From a virus: DNA of 64,000 nucleotides. The first letter of the stretch is position 1. Every line of letters starts with the position of its first letter. The notes beneath the pieces are model-generated. The model saw nothing but the letters and a program-made list of their open reading frames with translations, was not told the DNA's origin and made no database searches. Where the stretch lies: positions 1-64,000 of the IMG/VR virus record IMGVR_UViG_3300021962_000047; one strand, written 5' to 3'. Below, piece after piece: positions 21,152-31,300 of the stretch. Made by a program: the position numbers and the translations under genes.

Positions 21152-22159
21152 TTACTTTTTGTTTGTAAATCGTTTTTTTTCTTTCCTCGTTAGTTTCATA
21201 AATGGAGTGAGGAATTCCACCCATGCGTTGTCGTGTTTTGGTAAGAATTTAAATAGACCATCGTCCATCATCATTCTCATTAAGTTTTTATATCCTCTAC
21301 CATCGGGGTCCAATTCTTCTTTATAATATTGTTCAACTTCTTCTTTCCCTTCATCAGTAATTAAAGGTTCCGACAAATCTACGAGTTTTTTATTAATTTC
21401 AAAAAACTCATTTCCAAATACCCCTCTCTTTGTTACTCCCGTTAAAAGATTTTTTAGAGCTTTGTTTTCTTTGTCTTCCTTTAATAACTCTTCAGCTTTT
21501 GTCAAAATATGGTCAATAGAAACCTCATTTTCAAGTACCTCAGGAAAAAGTTTCACAAAAGTTTTTTCACCCAAGAGTCGAATACCATCAATGTTATCAG
21601 ATTTGTCTCCTGATAACACCTTATAGGTAACGACATTCTTATGTGGTATAGATATATCCCCTATTTTGATTTTAGAACCCATTTTAAGGTATTCTTTCAC
21701 CATAGGGGAGTAGATGGTCACATTCTCAGAGATAAGCTGTGTAAGGTCTTTATCTGAAGAGAAAATGGTTTTGAATTCGCCTTCAGAAATCTGACAGTAG
21801 TATGATATAACATCATCACTTTCACAGCCATCAAGCGTAATTTGACGGATGAACATTTCTTCCAAATATTCACGGACACGTCTTTTCTGCCAATTGAATG
21901 AATCTTTTTTAATTTCATTCAATCCGTCTCTACGGTTCATTTTATATTCGGGAAATATCATCCGTCTTTGGATTGCATTGTTGTTACCATCCCAAACAAC
22001 AATGACTTTGTCGAAATTGTGTTCTTGTAAAAATCTTTTTAAAGCATTAACAAAGTGGTAAATCGCACCAATATGGTTACCGTTATGGTAATACTCCTTA
22101 ACTCCGTGAAAGCCAATCTTGAACAGATTGTCCCCGTCAACCAATAATGTTTTTACCAC
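21152..22159 (-). CDS. 5'-3' exonuclease / T4 RNase H-like flap endonuclease
   Basis: LLVDGDNL, VWDG, EYKMNR, ESDDVI, SSDKDLTQL, GDKSDNIDGIRLLGEKT. Confidence 0.92.
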   Translation of the reverse strand: MVKTLLVDGDNLFKIGFHGVKEYYHNGNHIGAIYHFVNALKRFLQEHNFDKVIVVWDGNNNAIQRRMIFPEYKMNRRDGLNEIKKDSFNWQKRRVREYLEEMFIRQITLDGCESDDVISYYCQISEGEFKTIFSSDKDLTQLISENVTIYSPMVKEYLKMGSKIKIGDISIPHKNVVTYKVLSGDKSDNIDGIRLLGEKTFVKLFPEVLENEVSIDHILTKAEELLKEDKENKALKNLLTGVTKRGVFGNEFFEINKKLVDLSEPLITDEGKEEVEQYYKEELDPDGRGYKNLMRMMMDDGLFKFLPKHDNAWVEFLTPFMKLTRKEKKRFTNKK

Positions 22160-22177
22160 TTTGAAATACCTAAAAGG

Positions 22178-23182
22178 TTACACATTCTCTGTTTCGTCTT
22201 CTAATTGGAAGTCACCTTCTGCTCCGATGATTTCTTTCCAATATTCTGAGTGTTCTTTTTTGTACGCTTCGATTGAAGATTTCTCTTCTGCCGAATCTTT
22301 ACCTGCCAAGAAACCGTGGGGGGTTACAATGATTCTTCCGTCTTCATATCCCAAACCATTGATGTGGTTTTTCAATACGGAAACTTTAGAACGGATTGCA
22401 AACTTAACGGTACGCTTGTCTTTGGTTGCGGTAATCTTAGTTGTACCCGCACCTTTTTGGTTACCAAACAAGAATACCAAAGATGAGTTCAACCAAATAG
22501 CTTCACCACCTTTTGCTTTGATTTTTGGTTGACCAAATGGATTATCTGGAAGTTCAACCCATGGTTGGTTAACAATAACTAAAGTGTTCTCAAATTTCGA
22601 ATCTGATTTACGTGAACCTGAGATACGTTGGTTAATACCCATACCAATCTTGTCGGCAAGAACCGCCGCATTGTGTTGTTTACCACCTTTACCTTCAAAA
22701 GTCATTTTACAGGGAACTGAACCTACTGAATCCCAAAGGAATAATAAATCATATTCCAACTCACCTTTTTCTTGAGCATCCAACAAATCGTTGATGTACT
22801 CTGTGATTTGTTCAATATAATCAAAATTGTTATTAAAAATAAAGAATCCGTCCCAATCCAATTCACCTGTTTCAGGGTCCACTACTTCTTCACACTCAAA
22901 ACCCATAAGGTGTGCGTGTTCAAATGACCATTTCTGTTCGGTGATAATAAACACAGGAAGAATACCCTTTTTTTGTGCATCAACAGCAGCTTTAACCAAA
23001 GCCGTGGTCTTACCTGTATCTGAGTGACCTAAGAACATATTCAAATGTCCAATAGCAGGACCAGGGATACCTACCGCATCCAAAAAGTCCTTACCTAAAT
23101 CCAAGTAACGTTGTGGTTTGTACTTAGCTGACGTAGAGAACTTCTTCTTAATGTCCTTGAAATCTTTTTTCTTAATTGCCAT
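22178..23182 (-). CDS. RecA/UvsX-like recombinase
   Basis: GHSDTGKTT, FLWDSV, VIVNQ, KGGEAI, KNHI. Confidence 0.88.
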   Translation of the reverse strand: MAIKKKDFKDIKKKFSTSAKYKPQRYLDLGKDFLDAVGIPGPAIGHLNMFLGHSDTGKTTALVKAAVDAQKKGILPVFIITEQKWSFEHAHLMGFECEEVVDPETGELDWDGFFIFNNNFDYIEQITEYINDLLDAQEKGELEYDLLFLWDSVGSVPCKMTFEGKGGKQHNAAVLADKIGMGINQRISGSRKSDSKFENTLVIVNQPWVELPDNPFGQPKIKAKGGEAIWLNSSLVFLFGNQKGAGTTKITATKDKRTVKFAIRSKVSVLKNHINGLGYEDGRIIVTPHGFLAGKDSAEEKSSIEAYKKEHSEYWKEIIGAEGDFQLEDETENV

Positions 23183-23393
23183 AATTTTGAGAATAAAACT
23201 TTTTTAAATTTTCTAATTTATCATTGGCAGCTGCAAGTTTTTCAACAAACTTATCCATTTCTTCTAAATGTTGTGGGTGTTCTCCAATACCAACTGGATT
23301 CTCCATATACACCATCAATATTGCGGTCGCTTCTGCAATTTCGCTCTCGTACTTTTTAGTAAGAGAATCGTACATATATTTTCTGATTTTCAT
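23172..23393 (-). CDS. Small phage protein with PVGIGEHP motif
   Basis: 73 aa, predicted helical hairpin with NPVGIGEHPQ, between SSB and RecA. Confidence 0.7.
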   Translation of the reverse strand: MKIRKYMYDSLTKKYESEIAEATAILMVYMENPVGIGEHPQHLEEMDKFVEKLAAANDKLENLKKFYSQNYGN

Positions 23394-23404
23394 ATTTAAT
23401 ATAA

Positions 23405-23440
23405 ATTAAGAAAGGCGAGGGATAACTAAATCCCCCGCCT
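23405..23440 (-). terminator. Stem-loop/terminator after the SSB gene
   Basis: Minus strand reads AGGCGGGGGAT-TTAGTT-ATCCCTCGCCT followed by TTCTTAATTT. Confidence 0.7.
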
Positions 23441-23448
23441 CATTTTTT

Positions 23449-24300
23449 TTAGAATGGAAGGTCTTCGTCGATATCCATTTCAGCCTGTGGGTCAGAAGCT
23501 GTTGAGCTCATTTTAGAACCACCACCGATTGTCATCTCATCACTATCACCATAAACATACTTTTTCAAATCTGAATCCCAACGTGGAGTTTCTCCACGAG
23601 CAATCGCTTCCAAGTATTCTTCAGGTTTTTTAGTGTAAACATCATTCCATGTAAGTTCGTCGTCCAACCACTCTTTCTTGATTGCGCTGTCAGTATGAAG
23701 AGGACTTGGGTCGTCATACATAATGGTTTGAACTACAGTATATTCTTTACCACCAGGAGTTTTTGATTTGGTCAATTCAATAATCAAATCACGACCTTCC
23801 TCTGCGTTTGTAACATCACCCTTAGCTTTCCAAATTGGAATAATCTTATCCAAGATACCTTCTTGCTTGTAGTTGTCTTTAAAACGCCAAAACTTTACTC
23901 CGTCTTCTTCAGCGTCACGGTCAACCACCTTTACAATGTAGAATTTACGTGAACGGTACTGACGAGCCAATTCTTTGTCTGACTCTTTACCTGTTGACAT
24001 AAGTTCTTCATAAACTTCATTTAATGGTGAACGTTCTCCATCGTTCTTACCTGGGTCGTATAATTTAACCCACTTACCATCCACTTGGATTTCATGGTAC
24101 CATACCTCTTTAAATGGTGATGAACCATCTGATGTTGGGAGAATACGTACTCTCTTTTGACCAGATTTTTCACCTTTCAATAAGATAGTAGTAAAATACT
24201 TTTTCATTCTCTCTTCTTGAGAGACCTGTGACCCGCCATTGTTTGAACGTGTCGTGTTTTTTTCGTACTGTGCTAGTACTGCGTCTAATGAATTTTGCAT
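23449..24300 (-). CDS. gp32-like single-stranded DNA-binding protein
   Basis: RVRILP...PF..VWYH, FYIVKVVDRD...GVKFWRF, GRDLII, and an acidic tail ending DIDEDLPF; next to RecA. Confidence 0.8.
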   Translation of the reverse strand: MQNSLDAVLAQYEKNTTRSNNGGSQVSQEERMKKYFTTILLKGEKSGQKRVRILPTSDGSSPFKEVWYHEIQVDGKWVKLYDPGKNDGERSPLNEVYEELMSTGKESDKELARQYRSRKFYIVKVVDRDAEEDGVKFWRFKDNYKQEGILDKIIPIWKAKGDVTNAEEGRDLIIELTKSKTPGGKEYTVVQTIMYDDPSPLHTDSAIKKEWLDDELTWNDVYTKKPEEYLEAIARGETPRWDSDLKKYVYGDSDEMTIGGGSKMSSTASDPQAEMDIDEDLPF

Positions 24301-24349
24301 CGTTTTTTAATTGTTTTTAAAGTTAATAGAATCTCATATACTCTACATA

Positions 24350-24380
24350 CAATTATACTAAACTACAATTCAAAGTCAAA
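24350..24380 (-). promoter_or_regulatory. Candidate early/middle promoter of the replication operon
   Basis: TTGACT-N16-TATAAT, also readable as TTTG-N19-TATAATTG, upstream of SSB and just after a terminator. Confidence 0.6.
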
Positions 24381-24388
24381 TATCCGGT

Positions 24389-24459
24389 AAAAAAAAAAGA
24401 CCCGAGAGCAGTTCTTACGGTATGCAACTCGGGTACGTTTTTGCCTAAGGTAGCAGGCA
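24389..24459 (-). terminator. Two-hairpin structured element ending in U10 (terminator, possibly a structured RNA)
   Basis: TGCCT-GCTACCTT-AGGCA, then ACCCGAG-TT-GCA-(12 nt)-TGC-T-CTCGGGT, then C and T10. Confidence 0.65.
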
Positions 24460-24469
24460 TCTTAAAACA

Positions 24470-25105
24470 TTAATATTGATTGTCGTCTTTATAAATGTTA
24501 AATGTCTTTTTTATATCAGCTGGTGAAAAATTCTCAACTTCATCATCAGTTAAAACATATTCGTTTTTACCTGAAGCTTCCATATCACCTTGCTTATCTT
24601 CAAAAAAATCAGTAAGTTTTTGATTATATGGATAAGAATCCAAACTTCTTAATTGTAATTTCTCCTCAGGACTCTTTTGACGATACTTTTCAATTTTGTT
24701 TTCAATATTGTTAATCTTATCAAAAATAGAATCCATAGCACCTAACTTTTCTTCTAAGTCATTTAACTTGTCCATCATAGAAGTCATATATTCTTCTTGC
24801 TTTGACTGGATATCTTTTTGAGATGTAACTAAATCAGTAATGTCTAATTCTTCTACATCACCATCTGTTGATGTTTCACCTTCAACATTACCTTCATTAT
24901 CAATTTTTTCAACATCTGGGTCAGTCGCCGTATCAATTGGTTCAGGAATTTCATCAACAGGAGCATCACCTTCAGGTGCTGCTGCCGCGTCTATTTCAGT
25001 ATCAGCAGGTGCTTCAGCTGTTGGGTCATCGAATTGTTCAACAATATAATTGTTAATCTTTTTATATCTTTCGACCTCTTCACTAATTTTTTTAGCTATT
25101 GACAT
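24470..25105 (-). CDS. Acidic coiled-coil protein (possible head-core/internal protein)
   Basis: 211 aa with a D/E/A/P-rich N-half and a heptad region (KLNDLEEKL...KINNIENKIEK). Confidence 0.6.
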   Translation of the reverse strand: MSIAKKISEEVERYKKINNYIVEQFDDPTAEAPADTEIDAAAAPEGDAPVDEIPEPIDTATDPDVEKIDNEGNVEGETSTDGDVEELDITDLVTSQKDIQSKQEEYMTSMMDKLNDLEEKLGAMDSIFDKINNIENKIEKYRQKSPEEKLQLRSLDSYPYNQKLTDFFEDKQGDMEASGKNEYVLTDDEVENFSPADIKKTFNIYKDDNQY

Positions 25106-25117
25106 TTTTTTATATTT

Positions 25118-25342
25118 TTAACCGTTTAATAATGTTTTTACACCATGTGGTGTTTCAACCCTTAAAGTTCTATTTAACTTCATGGTATTATCCACTCTTT
25201 CGATAAGACCATCTTTCATTCTAACTGTATAACAGTCACCAGTGTCTAAATCACAAACTTCTTTATAACCATTTCCAGCATCTCTTTCTGAGATTCTAGT
25301 GTCTTTGGCTAAATAACTATCTAATAAATTTTTGATATCCAT
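25118..25342 (-). CDS. Small hypothetical protein (start reassigned to MDIKNLL)
   Basis: The ATG at 25342 follows a TATTTAT motif and an A-rich leader; the protein contains CDLDTGDC. Confidence 0.65.
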   Translation of the reverse strand: MDIKNLLDSYLAKDTRISERDAGNGYKEVCDLDTGDCYTVRMKDGLIERVDNTMKLNRTLRVETPHGVKTLLNG

Positions 25343-25387
25343 AACGATATTTTTAATATAAATATAACAAACTTTATGTTTTTTCAA

Positions 25388-28300
25388 TTATAACCCATTT
25401 GAAACGGAATAATTTAATGCCGATTGGAACGATGCCACTGTTCTTTGCCAGTAATTTTTATTATTAACCACACCCCCGCTTTTATTTGCATCACTAATGG
25501 CTTTGTCAATTTTTTGTTCGACATCATTACCACCATATAAACCGACACCTAAATTCCAACACGATTTCCATAATCTAGCATAAGATTCGGCTTCACCATA
25601 ATAACTTTGATATTGATTTTGTCTTTGTACAAAACCAGCTGTATTGAATCTACTTAATACAAACTTTATTGAATTGTCAAAATTATCGAATACCGCGAGT
25701 GGTCTTGAACCACCCTCTATTACTTTAACACAAGATTGTCCCGATACAAACCCAATCATATTATTACTCCATGTTCCATCGGTATGTATTCCAAATAAAT
25801 CATTACCAACACACGTAAAGTTGGTACCTTGACCTTGTTCCGTCCAAGCCATTCCAAAAACCAATCTTCGTATCTTTAAAGGTATATCCGTTCTTGTTTT
25901 TAGGTATTCAATAACATCTTTCTTTCCGATTGTGGTGATACTACTATTGTCAATCCACGGTAGGTTAGGGTATTTTGTTTTATTTAAACAATCCGCCAAT
26001 ACGGCTCTTGTTGGTTTATTAACCCCACCCTGAGGCAATGCCGGAGGATTAGTATTTGTAGTTACAGTTGTAGATGCTTCGGATTCAAGATTTGCGTTAG
26101 CACTTGTTTGTCCACTTGTTGTTGTAACAATATTATTAACCTTTTTCTGATACCTTCTCAATAAATCTAAATTAACACTCATTGTAAGTTTATCCAAATT
26201 TGGGAATGAGAATTTTGAAATCCTTACCCCCGAAAAGTCTGTTTGGAAGTCATTTGGTGTAATAGTATGTGTTACATTTAAAATCCAATAAGGTCCTGTA
26301 AACATTGGAACATATCTTAAGTTAAAGTACATTGTAGGTTGTATCATAACATTACCCATCGATTGTACCTCACAAGTATAACTTCTAGTTTTGTATATGT
26401 TAAATAATGATGTGGACTGCTGATACGTCTTTTGACCTTTTGTTTGGTTTGCCATATCCGTCAACACTTTGAAGGTTTCAGAAGTGTTTTTATATTGTGA
26501 TTGGTTTAATGAAATAGATTTAAATATATTTTGGTTTCTAATACCAAAATCCACATTAAACGCAACAACTTTGTTAGACGTTCCCCAGTCTTGTTTATTA
26601 TTTTGATTCTCAACCAATGGGTTTTCAGATGATTTTCTCAAATCAAAACTATCATTGGCAAAACGATAATCTATATTTTCTTTTTGTTCTGTATGTTCTG
26701 ACAATCTATTGGTGTACATACAAACAAACTTTGGTTTGTTTTTTTGATAATCAACCTCAAGGTATGTTCCGAACGAGCTATTTGGAATATCGATGTCTTG
26801 TGGTACACCATTTTTAGTTATCTCTTGAACACCATAAAAGTTAACATATGCCGGCAAAGCCATGAATATGAAATTATTATGAGCCAAGATTTCACCAATT
26901 AATGAATATAAAGATGCTGTCTCTCGTTCGTTTGATAACCAACTTGATAAATGATTTACATCTACAATAATACTATCACCGATATCTCGGTTAGCTCTAT
27001 CTAAAAATAAAAAGTCCTCAAATAAAACTCGGTTTTTAAAATCACCACCCGCAATCCATTTGTCATTCAAAACTTTGAACACTTCCCAAAGTTCCGTCTT
27101 TGCAATATCACCGTCCATCGCACTTCTTTTCGATTCCTTGATTTGGGTAATATTTGGAATGTTCTTATTCAAATATCTAAACACATTGTTAAGAATGTTT
27201 GATTGATATTTGTTTTGATTACTCAAGTATTGATTAAGGTTTGTCGTGAAGGTCGCACTAGTTAATGACGGGTTTTGTAATTTTTGTGTGGCAAAAATCT
27301 TAATTACCTGTGAAAGCTGTTCAACATTTGTTTTAGTGAATTCAATATTCATGGTAATAAAGAAATCAGTAATATATGAACCACTATCCTTATAACTTAA
27401 ATCACTATTAGTAAATTCACCAACATTTAATTTTAATGCTTTCCAAGCATCGGGATAAGCCGCTTGGCTTTGTAGTAATGTCGTTCCACCACCTGAAGAA
27501 GGTAACGAATTAGTTACATATTTTCCAAAATTAATTGGGTCAACAGGTTTGAATGTATCGTTAGTTGATAATGAATTGAATACTCTTCTATCAAAATTAC
27601 CAGGATTACCCCTCTTTAAAATTACCTGATAACCTAAGAATTGTTCCATACCATAAACAAAATTAGTCATCTGATTATCAGAAATTTCATAAGCTATACC
27701 ATTTTCATTATTACTCTTTGGCATATCAGAAATAAATAAAGGTCGTAACACCGATATAATATTCCTATTATATATGTCTTGTAAATCGGTTAAATCAAAA
27801 TAAGATAAGTTCGTATTTTCACCCGCCAATAATTCAATTGTATTATCAGGAGATTTTGTGAAATTCAAAAACTCGTTCTCAAAAATGTCCAATAACTGTT
27901 TAGGGAAAACAGAAAGTAACTCTTCAATGTTAGAATAGTCAGAATTATAAGTGATTGTAAATGGGTCTTGATATTCATTTTCAGTGTCAATCACTTTTAG
28001 ATATTCATTATACGACGGCTTTTTAACTAACGAGTTATTATAGAAACCAAAGTTTGAACCTCCCCACAATGAACGAGCCGACCCATCGTAAAGTGTTTGG
28101 TCAGACAATACTTGTGTCGGGGTCTTTTGGAAAATATTCGTTATACCATTTGTATTTTCAAATCTATATTGTGAGAATGATAACCCACCAGTTGAGGGGA
28201 TTACAAAGATTCTTGGTTGATTAATATTATTGTCATATAAACCAGTTGTATCCTCAATATATTGATACCAGTTTTTAATGGACAGGTTTTGTGTTGTTGG

Positions 28301-31300
28301 AGTTGCAAATTGATTTGACGGTACCATAACCGTGGAGTCATTTGTAAAACCAATTCTTAATCCATTATTATATGCACTATCCCAACCCGACGGAGTATAA
28401 TCAGTTATAATATCGGTGTCGGTAAACATATAATAAATTGAGTTTATTAACTTTGGATATAGTCCAATGTTAATTGACATATTTTGTGATACCCCTGCCA
28501 ATGTATTTTGCATCTCATACAAATAATTAGACCCGTCATATTTCTTTATATTATATGAAGTTATCGGTTGTTGATTGGTGGGGTCGTAAGCATCATTTTG
28601 GTCAAAACTCTTCCATACCGTATCTAAATGGTCAACACCATTTTCGATATAATTTTTGTAACGATGCCATATTGAACCGTATTTTAAAATCCAAGCGTAT
28701 GGTAATTTGTGAATGGCGGAAGTTTTATTAAAGATTGCTGATAAATAACTCTTCAACGATTGTTGACTGAGTCCGTTATCATCAGTTACAAATAATGATT
28801 TTTCTTTTAATGTTGATAGTGGTAGTGAATTTAAGAACAAATACGCTAAGTTCTTATATGGATAAGGGTTACCATTTTTGTAGTTATCAACACCTTCAAT
28901 AATTGAATTGATGAAGTATGGAGTGTTAAGTAATGATGTTGTTTGAGTTTCACTTACATTACCCTGATAGTTTGGACCATAGTTAATTACAGATTCAGTA
29001 ATAAAATAATTTAAATTAGTCACCAACCTATTATCATAATAAGCTTTCATCATCAGATTAGTACTAACATTCTTAGTCTGACTTGGAGCGGTGGGTAAGT
29101 TGTTAATCCAAGAAATATTAGTTAAAGGAACATCTTTAGTTACTGAGGTTAAATCACTTGGGTTAAATGAACAAATGGTTTTTTTATTATCAAAATAATA
29201 TAATGATTTAGTTGTATCATTAGAATCTCTAACATTACCTACGGAATTACCATAAGCCATATTATTTTTTAACCAATTTAAATCAGTAAATGGATATACG
29301 TCAGTATAATCTAAAGTATTTGATTGAGTGCTTTTTAGATATTCTACAAGTTTATTTTGACTTTCTTGTGAGTCCTGTACAGTAATACTTTCAACATTAA
29401 TTGTATCTAAAGAATATATGTAAGAATCATTATCAATGTCTGCATTTATATAGTCAGTATTAAAAATATCTCTAATATAGTTATTCCAATTTTGACCCGT
29501 TCCCTCATTTGAAATACTCTTTAAGAATGGTTCAAAAGTTTGGAAACTTAATCCATATCTTTTGAGTATCATCATTAGCTCAGGGTCCGAACTAATCGCT
29601 TCTTTAATTGTGTATGATTCAAAATCACCTAAAACACTATAAAGGTCATATCTTGATTGTTCGTCTCTAAATAATTTAGAGTAATAGGTATTCAAATATG
29701 TTCTTTCCCAAATTTCGTAAAAAAATGGCACCTCAGATTTATCACCATACGGTTGTACAGTATACGGGAATTCAATAGCATTAGAAGGTATAAAGTTAGC
29801 TTCCTTCTTTTGATTAGGCATAGTTGATGGTGTAGGAAGCGCTTGTTTTAACAATTGACCTGTTACATATTCTTCTAAAAATTCAATTTCTGGCCATTTG
29901 TCATAGAGATATCCCTTAGTTCTATTTATTGAACTACTCAATCCAGGGTATTTTACTACTTGATATACGTTATCTTTCTCATCTTTTTCTTGTTCAATGT
30001 ATTGAGGCCAAGGATAAACAAAATTAATTTCAGTAAGTTCCTCACTTCCAATTACCTGTCCATTAACTACAAATTTATTATCAACATTTGTTGATTGTTC
30101 TGGATTTAAAATTGCGGAAGCACGAACTGGGTCAGATTTTAACTTCCAAGCTTCAGTATGAACATCATCCATTAACCTATAGAATGCATCCGCACTAGCC
30201 ATAATTACCGCTAAAATATTTCTTATGGTCGGTTTAAATCCTAATCCATTCTCTGATGATTCTATTTTTTCCATCAAAGCGTCCGATAATTGATTTTCAA
30301 TTTTTTCCTCTAAAACACCAAATCTTTCCTCTAAATCTGATATTTTTTCAAGAAATGAATTAACTGAAAATTTAGCATTATTATATTTTGTTCCAAACCC
30401 AAAATATATTATTTGTTCATCAGTGACAATTTCTTGAGTTTGAAAATCATATTTAAAACCTTTTGCCTTTATATCTGTTATTAAGGTTAAAGTATAAGCA
30501 GATAATTCGACTTCATTAGGTGCTTTATTGTTAGTTAAAATATATGATTGCTCTAAATTAATTTTTTCTTGTAAATCTTCACTTGTAATGTAAAAAGGAA
30601 AATCATTATAATTCATCGTGAATGTTAATGACGATGAATATGTCTTTCCATTAATTGTGTACTTACCATTATCACCAAAAGTTGCGTTATTTGATAATTT
30701 ATTATTATAAAATTTAACTATACTATCAGTCAATTCAACTATAGCATCTTTTTTGGCTTGTAAATTTAAATCTTTTTTAAATGTATAATATATCTCACCT
30801 GTAGTGTTATCTACCAACACATTTTTACCGTCCATATATTTTTGATACCATGATTGAGTATTTTGACTATATACTCTATCTCGATAATCATTGATTACTT
30901 TTCTATACTCATCAATATCGTTTAAAACACTTACATCTTCTTTAGCAAAACTATTTGTAATATACTCTTCTAATTTGTCTAACTTCATCTTCATTTGAGC
31001 AATTGTCAGACGAGGGAAGTTTGGACCTATTAATCCTTTAGATTCGTAGTAATTATAAACTTCTCGTATCTTTTTCATTCCACGAGTTGTTATAATTTGA
31101 GACATAGGTTGGGTTTGATTTACACCAGTATTTGCCAACGCTATCAATTCAAATGGGTCTGTAAGATTATTTGCAGAATCTATTAATAATTGTTCTTGGT
31201 CTCCGTTTGCTAACCCATCTGTAGAATTTGGTATACTTAACGTTGAGTTGTACATGTGCGGTAACGCATAAAGTGAACCTAATGGCAAATCCGATAGAAT

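Noticed and set aside
24389-24459. tRNA or named riboswitch/ribozyme
   Set aside because: There is no cloverleaf or T-loop, and no consensus I can match with confidence. It is kept only as an unassigned structured element.
25343-25387. Track start of the small ORF at 25387
   Set aside because: The extension spans the TATTTAT motif and AT-rich leader, so the ATG at 25342 fits better.
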